A stretch of DNA of 63,940 nt, counting the filler, from Pirum gemmata (taxonomy: Eukaryota): assembly GCA_002812295.1 (NCBI GenBank). It is 33 parts of 33 records of this genome, joined end to end, with 100 filler letters (N's around TTAATTAATTAA, not from the genome) between each part and the next. Parts side by side here need not be neighbours in the genome. Positions count along the whole stretch, not along the records: positions 1 to 1,843 come from PDIN01010564.1; positions 1,944 to 3,796 come from PDIN01010565.1; positions 3,897 to 5,787 come from PDIN01010566.1; positions 5,888 to 7,717 come from PDIN01010567.1; positions 7,818 to 9,691 come from PDIN01010568.1; positions 9,792 to 11,626 come from PDIN01010569.1; positions 11,727 to 13,589 come from PDIN01010571.1; 26 more parts are not named here. One strand, 5' to 3'. A model generated the notes under the pieces. That model made no database searches. It was given only the letters and a program-made list of their open reading frames with translations, and was not told the DNA's origin. This document shows, piece after piece, positions 1 through 11,986 of the stretch. Position 1 is the first letter of the stretch, and each line of letters starts with the position of its first letter. A program made the position numbers and the translations under genes.

Positions 1-85
1 TTTATTGTTTATTGTTTATTGTTTATTAATTGTTTATTGGTTATTCCACCCATCAGTAACAAGTTTATGCTTAATTAATGATCAG

Positions 86-187
86 GTAAATTGTTTCAGC
101 GTTTGAGTGTGGAAATAACTCCAGACGAAAAACTAAAGTATGAATCATATGTTGAACCATATATATATACAAAAATATTAATACCAG
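86..187 (+). CDS. Candidate internal exon, unknown protein
   Basis: cag|...|gtgcgt borders; open frame KLFQRLSVEITPDEKLKYESYVEPYIYTKILIP set between microsatellites. Confidence 0.3.
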
Positions 188-1010
188 GTGCGTAAAGCAA
201 ATAAAAACAATCAACAACCAACCAACCAACCAACAACCAACAACCAACCAACAACCAACAACCAACAACCAACAAATAACCAACCAACAACAACCAACAA
301 CCAACAACCTACCAACAACCAACAGCCAATAACCAACAACCAACAACCAACCAACAAAAAACAGCCAATAACAACCAACAACCAACAACCAACAATCAAC
401 AATCAACAATCAACAATCAACAATCAACAATCAACAATTTAACACCAACAACACTAACTCTGACACAATGTCTGTGATTTACATAATAAGGTATTTTCCG
501 AACAACTTTTTAAGGTATGCTTATTATTACTATTACTATTTCACCATCACTATCATTATCACTATCAGTATTACTATATTATTAATACTAGTACTATTAC
601 TATTATTTACTATTACTATTATTTACTATATATTACTATTAATATTACTATTATTATTATTATTATTAGTAATTACTATGACTATGACCTATGACTATAT
701 ATGAACTACTATGAGTATGAGTATTTACTATTACTATTACCACTACTATTAATATTACTATTCCTATTACTATTACTATATATTATCATTATTATTATTA
801 GTAATTAGTAATTACTATTGCTATGACTATTACTATGACTATGACTATATATGACTATGACTATAACTATTACTATTACTATTATTAGTATTATACCATT
901 TCACTCTCCACAATTAAAAGAAATACTAACCCTGTAGGACACATAAGATGATACAACTTCTCTTTCAAAACAAGATTCCATAGCCTTATATATTTTTCAC
1001 TATATATGAT

Positions 1011-1797
1011 ATATTACTACGAACATACAAATCTCTACTGCGCTCAATCACTGACTACTCAGCACTAGCCATCCTAATCATGTCACCAGGTGACCTGAAA
1101 CAACTGGAAGTAATACAAAACAAAGCAATGAGACTAATCACTAATGCACACCAAGTAGACTGTATCAAAATTACCACATTACAAAATTTAACAGCTCTGC
1201 CAACAATTGAAGATAGAGATCAATAGCACTAGTGCACAAGTATCTAAACCAAGCAACTGCAACAACCCACAATACCCCAATAATCGAACTATTACATTGC
1301 TATTACAATAATGGTATTAGCCGCAATATGAAAGAAGGCCGAGCTTTTCACAAAAAACAAGAATAATAAATCACCAACAACACTAATAGGCATCATGAAT
1401 GAAAATGAAAGACAAGAAATATTCTAAAGAAAAAATACCAGCAGCAGCACTAAAAAAGTACTAAAAACCACAAGCTATCTAGCGCTGCGCTAGCTCTAGA
1501 TAGCATTTTACGAAAAAACCCACACAGTAATATATGGAAATATTAACCAGGCTGTTACCTTTTTAACATATAAAGAAGCCATATATAGTTTAAAGATCTT
1601 TTGGGTTTTTTTTTGGCAATTATATCTTATTATGGAAATATCTGCGGTCTTAAGTGACAAACAAAACAAACAAAAAAAAAACAACAAAAAAGACAATTTC
1701 GGGCACTGAATACGTCATTTACACCTTTCAATAATCAATGCACTGAACACAACAAATAGAAAGGGTGCTAGACGTAACAGCCATATATAAAAAAATA
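1011..1797 (+). mobile_element. 5'-truncated, degenerate non-LTR retrotransposon (LINE) 3' end
   Basis: 1011-1220 reads ILLRTYKSLLRSITDYSALAILIMSPGDLKQLEVIQNKAMRLITNAH...LPTIEDR, the typical post-RT thumb region (YK.L.RS..DY...LE.IQNKA.R.IT). A frameshift follows, with a stop at 1364-1366, then a putative 3' UTR ending in an A/TAT-rich tract. Confidence 0.8.
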
Positions 1798-1843
1798 TTA
1801 TCATTATTATTATCATTTACTTATTATCATTATTATTATCATT

Positions 1844-1943
1844 NNNNNNNNNNNNNNNNNNNNNNNNNNNNNNNNNNNNNNNNNNNNTTAATTAATTAAN
1901 NNNNNNNNNNNNNNNNNNNNNNNNNNNNNNNNNNNNNNNNNNN
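1844..1943. other. Artificial contig-joining spacer (first of 32)
   Basis: 44 N + TTAATTAATTAA (stops in all six frames) + 44 N. It recurs starting at 3797, 5788, 7718, 9692, 11627 ... 59564, 61508. Confidence 0.98.
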
Positions 1944-2807
1944 ATAATAATAATAATAATTACAATACAACAACTAAACAAATACACATACACATTTACT
2001 TTATGTTTTGATAGATGATGGAATGAGAATATTATTGATAACAACAAGAATATAAAGGTTAGGGTTAGGGTTAGGGTTAGGGTTAGGGTTAGGGTTAGGG
2101 TTAGGCAAAAAATCCGGGAGCACAAACACGATATAAAAAACCAATAACTATATATCTATATAAATATAATTTGTATACTTACTTTCTTCTTCGCAAATTG
2201 GTATATATCAGTACCACTAAGCAATCCTGACATACATACAATTATATAACTGTTAGGAGTGGGAGGGGGTAAGCAATGAGAAAATGATACATTCTGATAA
2301 AGAAAACGACAATGAGATTTAATAATGAAAAACAAAATCATTGAGTATGGGTACAATTTAAGATCAATAGAAGTAAAAAAAATGACGATACTAATGGAGC
2401 GAGAGAGAGAAGGAGGGGGGGGGATAATAACGATGACGTTACGGGTCGACCAACCATCAGACTCCTCGTCTGCAGCACGTTTCATTGGTGTATAAGAAAT
2501 TACATTCGCTAATCCCTTACCTTTAAAAAATTGAATTTGATGTATTAGTAAATATGGTACTAGTAATAAATGGTATTGTAATGCATGAATTGGTGGTAAT
2601 AATGATACTAATAATTATAATGATAAAAATAATTATAATGATACTAATGATACTAATAGTTATGATAATAATGAAAATAATAATAATAATAATAATAATA
2701 ATAAGTATTATGATAATAACAATACCAATATTAATAATAATAATAATAATAATAATAAGAACAATAAGAACAATAAGAATAATAAAACAAAAAAACAAAA
2801 AAATTTA

Positions 2808-2889
2808 GAACGATCAGATCCGAAAGATGGTATAACAAACCTCCACAAAAAGTCAGGTAGTGTTAAAGGTATTTGATGCATCATTGTTC
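2808..2889 (-). ncRNA. Box C/D snoRNA in RPL37 intron, snR39B/SNORD2-like (LSU rRNA guide)
   Basis: Minus strand: GAAC-aATGATGc (C box)...CTGA (D')...ACCATCTTTCGG-at-CTGA (D)-tc-GTTC. It has a 4-bp terminal stem and a 12-nt guide complementary to conserved LSU CCGAAAGAUGGU. Confidence 0.85.
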
Positions 2890-2997
2890 AAAAAAACAAA
2901 AGTACTCCAGACAAAAATTATATATGTTAAAAAAATAAAGAAAAACTACTTTCGTAGGGTAAACAAAGAAACGTAAACAAAGAAAACATATACTAAC

Positions 2998-3140
2998 CAG
3001 TTGTAAGTTCTTTTACGGGCTGCAGGGTAAGCACAAGCGGCACATCTGGATTTTTGAACGTGAAATGAACGAGCATTACAACGAACACACAAAACGTGTG
3101 ACTTGTTATGACGTTTCCCGAAACTGGATGTACCTTTAGT
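2998..3140 (-). CDS. RPL37: 60S ribosomal protein eL37, internal exon
   Basis: atag|[47 protein letters not shown](W)|gttagt, with the C2-C2 zinc finger. The ATG exon and last exon were not found in this contig. Confidence 0.96.
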
Positions 3141-3913
3141 CTATTTTCATGTTTAAAAAAAACACATTAGGGGTGGTATTCTATTTCACTAACAACTTAA
3201 TATTACACTTGCGTATTAAAAATTTTTAAAAATGAAAATGAAAATGAAATATGAACTACGACTACGGGTATTACGAGTACTACAACTACTACAACTACTA
3301 CAACTACTACAACTACTACAACTACTACAACTACTACAACTACTACTAATACTAATACTACTAATACTAATACTAATTATAATACTAAGTATTAGTATTA
3401 ATACTAATACTACTACTACTACTACTACTCTTACTACTGCTATCATTGCCATATCATTATCAATATATCATTTCATTCTCATTCTTATTATTATCATTAT
3501 CATTATCATATTATTGCTATTATTATTGCTATTATTATTATTGTTATTATTATTATTATTATTATTGTTATTATTATTAATTATAAAGCATTATTATTAT
3601 GATTATGATTATGATTATGATTTATGATTATGAATGATTATTATGAATGATTATTATGATGATTATTATGAATGATTATTATGAATGATTATAATGATGA
3701 TTATTATGAATGATTATTATGATGATTATTATGAATGATTATTATGAATGATTATTATGAATGATTATTATGAATGATTATTATTATTATTATTATNNNN
3801 NNNNNNNNNNNNNNNNNNNNNNNNNNNNNNNNNNNNNNNNTTAATTAATTAANNNNNNNNNNNNNNNNNNNNNNNNNNNNNNNNNNNNNNNNNNNNATTA
3901 TTATTATTATTAT

Positions 3914-4193
3914 TGCCGTCAAAGGACTACTTATTAAGTTATTTCTATATAAAACAATTAAAGAAACCTTAAGTAACGATATAACGACTATTATTTATTA
4001 TTACCTGATTTTCCCTTATAAAAAGCAGAGTCCTAAATTATTTATATTATTTTTTATCTAAAACTGTTGATTAAGAAGTGTGAAAAAAAGGGAGAAATTT
4101 CTATATTAGGGCCTGCGGTGGTTACACCGGCATTATAGCAGGAACGCTAGACTCCGGTAATAGCTGGTAGTCTTTCGGTGCCTTCAAAGCACA
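3914..4193 (-). repeat. 3' LTR (~280 bp)
   Basis: Starts TGTGCTTTGAAGGCACCGAAAGAC and aligns with 5416-5699. Confidence 0.85.
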
Positions 4194-4311
4194 CTCCCCT
4201 CACTTAAACAAGGGTTTAGTGAAAAAAAGAAAACTTTTGTGTATCGTTAATTCCAAAAAAAAAATGTATTAAAAAAAAAAATAAAAAAGAAAAATTTGTT
4301 GTTTTAAAAAA

Positions 4312-4460
4312 TTAGTCGACTTCATTCGCTAATTGGGCTAAGTCGTCCCATTGATATTTGCCTATAAGTTTTGGCTGTTTTATTATATAATCAACATTTG
4401 AATGTGTTAAATTGTGGTAATGGTGAACAATTTCCTTACGTTCATCTCTTGATAGTTCGT
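4312..4460 (-). pseudogene. Integrase zinc-binding (H2C2) domain remnant
   Basis: ERKEIVHHYHNLTHSNVDYIIKQPKLIGKYQWDDL matches the H-x3-H...Y.W pattern; truncated before the Cys pair. Confidence 0.65.
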
Positions 4461-4672
4461 TAGAATTGTTATTGATCTCATCTTTTATTATATATAAAGA
4501 CGGATTTGTCACTCCTCCGTCTAAACAACTATCGTTGTAAACAGCTTCATTAGTATTGGTTGAAATGACGTCAGCAGTTGTGTTTTTATTATTAACCAGC
4601 AAATGTTTTTCAGATGTGTTTTGTACTATCATCTGATTTAGATCCATGTTATGATAATTATTTTTATTTATC

Positions 4673-4847
4673 GTGCTTTTCATTTATTTTGTCACTCTGG
4701 ATATTTATTTGGAGAGTTATAATCTTTAAGTTAACATTTTTAAATCAATATATAGATAATAAAATATATCAAATTAAATTAAATGTATTTATATTATATT
4801 AATTTGGTACTATTTATTGTATATTTTATGATGACAAAACAACTGAA
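4673..4847 (-). mobile_element. MITE family A copy nested in the LTR element
   Basis: Begins GTGCTTTTCATTTATTTTGTCAC and matches the other copies; far TIR eroded. Confidence 0.8.
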
Positions 4848-5415
4848 TTTTTTAAAATTTTGTTGGGCTATAGACTATTTGTTCTAGTCCAAAAATTAGC
4901 TGGTAAATTGTATTTTTGCCTAGATCTAGTTATTTTTCCGGAGATTTTCGCTATAACTGTATGTTTCCAGGGAGTTTCTCCTACTACATCAGTGCCACAT
5001 CTTAAAAAAGTATCTGGTTGCTTTGGTAGGATTATAGGTTCATCTATTAGCATAGATTTCCAGTTTCCATACCATTTAGCTTTAAGCCAAATTGGTATAA
5101 CAATTGCAATAGTGGATTTATTTTGTTTTACATGTTTAACTACTTTATCTTTTGGTCACGTCACCCGTCCGGACATTTTGAAAAAAATGAGGGGGTCAAG
5201 GGTGGTGACGGGCATAGTTGTATTAAATGAAAAGGAGGTTTTACGGTTTGCCCATCCATTTTCTTGTAACCATGATAATTGAAATGCAAAATAATTTTTA
5301 TCAAAGTGTCTTGATAATTGAACATTATGAAGTGCAGCAAATAAATCCACTGTATGAGGACCTCATTTGTCTTGTGCAATATTAAATAAAATTGAATTTA
5401 ATTTCTAATCACCAG

Positions 5416-5697
5416 TGCTTTGTCTTATATTATTATTTATATTATATATACAAGAATATTAAAGAAACGTTATACGACTTTATTATTTATTATTAACCAA
5501 TTTTCCCTTCTAAAAAGCAGAGTCCCAAATTATTTACATTATTTTTTATCTAAGACTGCTAATTAAGAAGTGTGAAACAAAAGTTGAAACAAAAGAGAGA
5601 AAATATCTATATTAGGGCCTGTGGTGTTTATACCGGGATTGAGGCAGGAACGCTAGACTCCGGTAATAGTTGGTGGTCTTTAGGGGCTTACAAATCA

Positions 5698-5699
<2 letters not shown>
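5416..5699 (-). repeat. 5' LTR (~284 bp)
   Basis: Starts TGTGATTTGTAAGCCCCTAAAGAC, ends CA, and is followed by the PBS. Confidence 0.85.
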
Positions 5700-5740
<41 letters not shown>

Positions 5741-6109
5741 GTGAACATTCTCGTAAATATTTTATTTTGTATTTTCATAAAATCTTTNNNNNNNNNNNNN
5801 NNNNNNNNNNNNNNNNNNNNNNNNNNNNNNNTTAATTAATTAANNNNNNNNNNNNNNNNNNNNNNNNNNNNNNNNNNNNNNNNNNNNCCCTAACCCTAAC
5901 CCTAACCCTAACCCTAACCCACCCTAACCCCAATAATAATTATAACTCTAAACCTTCATAGTGACAAGCGCGTGAGTAAAGTTGAAAAGTATTTTTTATT
6001 TATCATTATTATATTATAAATGTTTTAGTTTCTAAACATTTCTCTTTTAGATTTGTTATGTCTAACGAAAGCTTGTTTATTTCATCAGTATTATCGATCA
6101 TTTACTATA

Positions 6110-6298
6110 GTGCTTTTCAGTTGTTTTGTCATCATAAAAATTTAATATACAATAAATGATACCAAATATTAATACAATATAAATCCATTTTATTTAATTT
6201 GGTGTATTTTATTATATATTTATTTATTTAAAAGTATCAATTTAAATATTATAAACAACCAAATAAATATTCGGAGTGGCAAAATAAATGAAAAGCAC
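6110..6298 (+). mobile_element. MITE family A (~180 bp, TIR GTGCTTTTCA)
   Basis: TATAGTGCTTTTCA...TGAAAAGCACTATA; about 12 related copies in the window. Confidence 0.88.
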
Positions 6299-8607
6299 TA
6301 TACATTATTTGAAACAATATGATCCTGGTTAGCAAGTCTAATTTAGCTAAACTACGCTTCATCCATCACGAAGAAAATCTCACCCCTAATGGTGATTTCT
6401 CTTGTGGTTGCAATTGTATCCTATCCTATAATGTTCAACCTTATATCCCAAGACCTTATCCTTAAAAACACAACCCTACAACATCTAGTCAATAATGATT
6501 TTTAAAAATTGTTGTTTTAAAAGTGTAAAAGTAGTAATAAAATAGAAATGGGGGTACGCTCGAAAGGATCGGCTAAACGAAATTTTTGCACCTGTCTCGA
6601 AACATGGTCAGCGCTGTATTTTTTAAGTTAGTGTCGGGGTCAGAAGTTATTTCAATCAATTGACTTTCTGGAGTTAATGCAAGTTTAATAGGTACTTTTG
6701 GTTCAGTATCAGTGATTCTAATAGTAAAGAAGTGGGGGTTATCAATCGTCGACACTACTTCTACAACAGCATCAATATAAACATGGCGTAACGTTTCGAC
6801 ATCAATCCGAACACAGTCACAGTGGGGGTGGGGGTATTTATTAAAGAATTTACGTTCTGTACTTTCTTTTGTAATAAATCAACAATTATTGTTTCCTGGG
6901 GTGGGGTTATCAGCCCCTTCGGTCTTTTCGAGCATTCATAATAATAATATATATAAATCGATATATTTTTTATAAAATACTTTTATTGGTAAAGCATTAT
7001 TCTAGAACCATTATTAGGATGGAATAGTATTATAATTCATATTGTCTTCCTGGTTTTGTAAAACAACAAAATCAAATACTTTCGTTTTTACAAGTACTTG
7101 AAAGTACTTCATTTCTTTCGTGCCTAAATATGAGTTTATTAAATACTAAAATAAGTAATAATGAGTTTATTAAATACTAAAATAAGTAATAATGAGTTTA
7201 TTAAATACTAAAATAAGTAATAATGAGTTTATATTAAGGTAGAAATCTACATTTCCTACTTAATTTATACCAAAAATGGACTGGATAGGATTATTACATA
7301 TTCTCATCATACATTCACCCAGTGTAAGTTTCATTGTTCAACAGTTCGAATTTGAGTTGTTATCTTTTTGATTCGAAGGATTTATGAAAAAGTTGGAGTT
7401 GTTTTTGTTGTTATATTTTTGATTCGAAAGATTTATGAAAAAGTTGGAGTTGTTGGAGTTGTTTTTGTTGTTATATTTTTGATTCGAAAGATTTATGAAA
7501 AAGTTGGAGTTGTTTTTGTTGTTGAGCTTGGTAAAATTGTTGTTGTTTTTGTTGTTCGTATTGATGGAAATCAAAGGCAAAAGCAAAATTCATGGGTACG
7601 TTTTCTGGTTTGTTAATAACACTATCTTTTAAAGTAGTATTGTTTTTCCCTCTTATTAAATTTTTTCTCATGTTTTCTCTTTTATTTATTTATTTATTTA
7701 TTTTATTTTATTTTATTNNNNNNNNNNNNNNNNNNNNNNNNNNNNNNNNNNNNNNNNNNNNTTAATTAATTAANNNNNNNNNNNNNNNNNNNNNNNNNNN
7801 NNNNNNNNNNNNNNNNNTTCCTTATATAGTTCACAACTAATTAAAAAATGACAAGTATCTTCAGTACAAGTCAAGTTATTATACTATTACTACCTTTTTT
7901 GAAAGAATAATAATAATAAGAAGAAGAACAAAGATTAATGAATAATAATGAGAAATTAACTAAAACTTGGAGTTTTATTTTATTTTATTTTACGATTTTT
8001 CTAGTTTATATCCAACTTGTATTATTGCTTATACTATCTGTTACTCAAATTATTATAATAAATGAACATGGCATTCATTCAAAAAATATACCGGGATCTT
8101 TGAAGAAGAATAAGAAAAAGAATATTAAGAATAAGAAATAAGAATATGAAGAATAATATCAAGAATAATATTAAGAATAATAATATTAATATTGATAATA
8201 TTAATAATAACAATTCTTTGAAGAAGAATAAGAAAAAGAATATTAAGAATAAGAAATAAGAATATAAAGAATAATATTAATATTAAGAATAAAAATAAGA
8301 ATAAGAATAAGAATAAGAATATTAATACTATTTATATCAACTTGTATTATTACTTATAATATTTGTTACTCAACATTAATAAATAAACATAACATTCTTT
8401 CAAAAAATATCCGGATTCTTTGAAGAAGAATAGGAAAAAGAATATCAAGAATAAGAAATACGAATAAGAAGAATAATATTAAGAATAAGAATAAGAATAA
8501 GAATAAGAATAAGAATAAGAATATTAATAATTCTTTGAAGAAGAAATAAAAAGAGTAATAAGAATAAGAAATAATAATACGAAGAATAATATTAAGAATA
8601 AGAAGGA

Positions 8608-8643
<36 letters not shown>

Positions 8644-9281
8644 TAATAATTATACTAACCTTTGAAGTTCTCATCAAAGGGAACGAATTTAAATCTGGCC
8701 GATTTATTATTAGGGCATGAGCAGCTTAGGGTAATCACAATAAATATCGATAACCAATATTAAATAATAATTTATAATAATAATAATAATATTAAATAAT
8801 AATAATAATAATAATAATAATAATTATATAGTCTAGTCTAAAATATTGACTCTAGAGTCTAGTAGACTATAATAATAGGGTTAGGGTTAGGGTCTAGCTA
8901 TGTTAGTAGTAGAGTCTAGCTAGTATGAGAGGAAACTGAGAGACTCAGCAGAGGTTTTGCCAGATAGACTAGAGATGTCTTGACAATTCCCTCTACAAAA
9001 ACTGGGGGTCCCTAACCCTAACCCTAACCCTAACCCTAACCCTAGCCCTAACCCTAACCCCAAAACCCTAACCCTAACCCTAAAACCCTATGATAACCCT
9101 AACCCTAAAACCTAGCTACTAGCTAGACTCTACTAGCTACTAGCTAGGCTACTGTAAGAACACAAACATCTGACAATAATAATAAAATTTAATAATATTA
9201 TTACTAAATTATTTATTATGTATGAACTGTATGAACTATGTATGTAGACTATGGTATTTATTTAAGAACTGATTAACTAAC

Positions 9282-9328
<47 letters not shown>

Positions 9329-9465
9329 TGTTAAATTATTTATTTGTTATTGTTCTTAGTATAGTGTAATTATTAGTATTAGTATCAATATTAGTATTAT
9401 TAGTATTAGTATTATTAGTATTGCTATTTTTATTCATTTTTTATTTTTATCGTAAAATAGTAACA

Positions 9466-9514
9466 ATGGATAGATTCTTAGCAACACTTCAAACTGCCAT
9501 TCAACATAAAAATG
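9466..9514 (+). CDS. Candidate first exon, weakly PCID2/CSN12-like N-terminus
   Basis: ATG MDRFLATLQTAIQHKN(G)|gtgagt with a strong donor; the product guess rests on 16 residues only. Confidence 0.4.
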
Positions 9515-10023
9515 GTGAGTGTATTTGGTGTTATTATTGTTGTTGATTTGTTAATGTTTCATTTGTTCAAAGTTGATTGTTGGTTTTGGGTTATTAATTT
9601 TGTTTTTTGATTGTTGGTTTTGATTGCTGATTTTGTTCGTTTATTATTGATAGTGGATTTATTATTGATTGTGGGTTATTATTATTATTATNNNNNNNNN
9701 NNNNNNNNNNNNNNNNNNNNNNNNNNNNNNNNNNNTTAATTAATTAANNNNNNNNNNNNNNNNNNNNNNNNNNNNNNNNNNNNNNNNNNNNTTAGGGTTA
9801 GGGTAAGGGTTAGGGTTAGGGTTTCCAGAGTAATGATATCATTTATATATCTTTTTTAAAATACATTTTTCTAGATTGCCATTTTAATGGCTTAGATTGC
9901 AAAATGAAAGCTTATAATTTTCATCTGATAATCTGATAGGAACAGAAGCCGTTGATTTTATCAAAGAAACAAAAAGCCTGGGTACGGTGATAAAATTGTC
10001 CAGCTAGGAGGGGTGACACCACA

Positions 10024-10405
10024 ACCCTAACCCTAACCCTAACCCTAACCCTAACCCTAACCCTAACCCTAACCCTAACCCTNNNNNNNNNNNNNNNNNN
10101 NNNNNNNNNNNNNNNNNNNNNNNNNNNNNNNNNNNNNNNNNNTAACCCTAACCCTAACCCTAACCCTAACCCTAACCCTAACCTTAACCTTAAAAAACCC
10201 TAACCCTAACCCTAACCCTAACCGTAACCCTAACCGTAACCGTAACCTTAACCTTAACCGTAACCGTAACCGTAACCGTAACCGTAACCGTAACCGTTAA
10301 CCGTAACCCTAATCGTAACCGTAATCCTAACCGTAACCCCAACCGTAACTGTAACCCTAACCCTAACCGTAACCATAACCGTAACCCTAACCCTAACCCT
10401 AACCC
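10024..10405. repeat. Interstitial telomere-like array (TAACCC with TAACCG/TAACCT variants)
   Basis: Read directly; internal to the contig. Similar arrays at 2058, 5888, 9010, 10926, 11264, 12052, 13711, 22410, 23276, 37154, 44180, 54245, 58164 and 61478. Confidence 0.95.
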
Positions 10406-10701
10406 AGGATTGGTGACAATGTTGGCAGGGTTTTAGGCCAATGATTGCCAACGATAGCGCTTTTTTTTAAAATTAAAATTTCGTTTTTCTTTTTCCTTCA
10501 ACAAACCTATGATTAGGGAACATTCATAACTTATTCTTTGATAAAAGTCATTGCTCGAAAGTGTGACTTAAACTGTTTTAGGCAATAATTAATTATTAAA
10601 ATGAACTTTAAAATTATGACCAAAAGTATTTTGGACAAAAAGGCATAGGTAAGATTAGGGGACATCCTTTATGGATGATCTATTTATCGTCTATTTTATT
10701 A

Positions 10702-10877
10702 CAATTGTCCTCAAACCTCAATCTTTAATTTGGTACTGTTTAAATGTAAAATTGAACTTATTTATAAATTAAAACAATTAATATAAAATACCAAATTAAT
10801 CAAAACATGTCTGATAATTTAACCATAATAATAATTTGGTACATTTATTGTACTCGTTTATTTCAGTTTTTGCACTG
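10702..10877 (-). mobile_element. Dispersed repeat / MITE family B
   Basis: Shares TCCTCTCAATCTTTAATTTGGTACTG...CTGATA.TTTAACCATAATA with 22603-23108 and 25616-25779, and with partials near 18340, 28030 and 55300. Confidence 0.75.
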
Positions 10878-11575
10878 ACAACAGAAAACGCTGACGTCGG
10901 ACAGCACGTAGGTTGTTTTTATTTTTTAGGGTTAGGGTTAGGGTTAGGGTTAGGGTAAAGGTTAGGGTTAGGGTTAGGGTTAGGGTTTGGATTCTGTAAC
11001 CAGTTATGATGGTAGAAGACAATCATGGTATAAGTATCATAGTAGTAGTTGTTGTTGTAGTAATAGTCGTAATAGTAGTTGTAATAGTAGTATTAGTAGT
11101 ATTAATATTGGATACTATTAGATAATAGTAGTAGTAGTAGTAGTATCAGATACGTACTAACTATTAAATAATAATAATAATAATAGTAGTAATTGTTGTT
11201 GTTGTTGTTAACGTTGTAGTAGTAGTAGTCGTCCTAGTAGTTGTACTACTACTACTACTACTACTAACCCTAACCCTAACCCTAACCCTAACCCTAACCC
11301 TACTATTACTACTATTACTACTTAGTATACGTATACGCGTAGTACGTATTAATATACGTATAATAGTAGTGGTAGTACTAGTATAATAGTAGTGGTAGTA
11401 GTAGTATTAGTAGTAGCTATAGTAGTAGTAGTAGTATTAGTTGTAGTATTAGTAGTAGTAGTAGTAGTAGTAGTAGCTATATATAGTAGTAGTAGTAGTA
11501 GTAGTAGTAGTAATGTATAGTAATAGTAGTAGTAGCAGCAGCAGCAGTAGTAGTAGTAGTAGTAGTAGTAGTAAT

Positions 11576-11612
<37 letters not shown>

Positions 11613-11770
11613 GTAGTAGTAGTAGTNNNNNNNNNNNNNNNNNNNNNNNNNNNNNNNNNNNNNNNNNNNNTTAATTAATTAANNNNNNNNNNNNNNNNNN
11701 NNNNNNNNNNNNNNNNNNNNNNNNNNGCTGAGCTATAGCATTACAATTTTTTCTTTTTTTTTTTTTTTAA

Positions 11771-11986
11771 CCATGTAGACTATGCCGAATAAAAATGGCG
11801 AAATCCAAAAATCTCAAAATGAACCAATTTTAATAAAAGTAGTACCTAATTTTAAAAATTCTATAACTTTTTAAAACTGTATTATGAACCAATGCCTAGT
11901 TTTTAAAAATTATTTGGCTAGTTAAAAAAGAAGTCTAAAAAAAAAAAAGATTTCTACAGTTTTATCCGCCTTGGCTCAGTTGGCTG
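11771..11986 (+). mobile_element. MITE family E (TTAA-flanked), degenerate
   Basis: Aligns with 48593-48826; TTAA on both sides. Confidence 0.7.

Larger units (their letters stand above)
3914..5699 (-). mobile_element. Internally deleted (non-autonomous) LTR retrotransposon, probably Ty3/Gypsy-derived
   Basis: Direct repeats at 5416-5699 and 3914-4193, both TGTG...CA on minus. PBS-like TGGTGATT lies 1 nt after the 5' LTR and PPT AAGTGAGGGGAG at 4194-4205. TTAT on both flanks; integrase zinc-binding remnant inside. Confidence 0.85.

Noticed and set aside
71..704. Low-complexity ORFs from the track (also 2523-2808, 3216-3627, 12661-12951, 14773-15483, 33310-33718, 51215-51570, 60507-61246 off-frames, 63216-63622)
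   Set aside because: They are translations of microsatellites that lack stops in some frames.
1888..1899. Recurrent TTAATTAATTAA as a biological repeat or CRISPR-like array
   Set aside because: It is always centred in 88 Ns, so it is an artificial six-frame stop linker.
6573..6935. Minus-strand ORF with in-frame TGA as selenoprotein or readthrough
   Set aside because: No recognisable domain or SECIS; more simply a decayed or spliced fragment.
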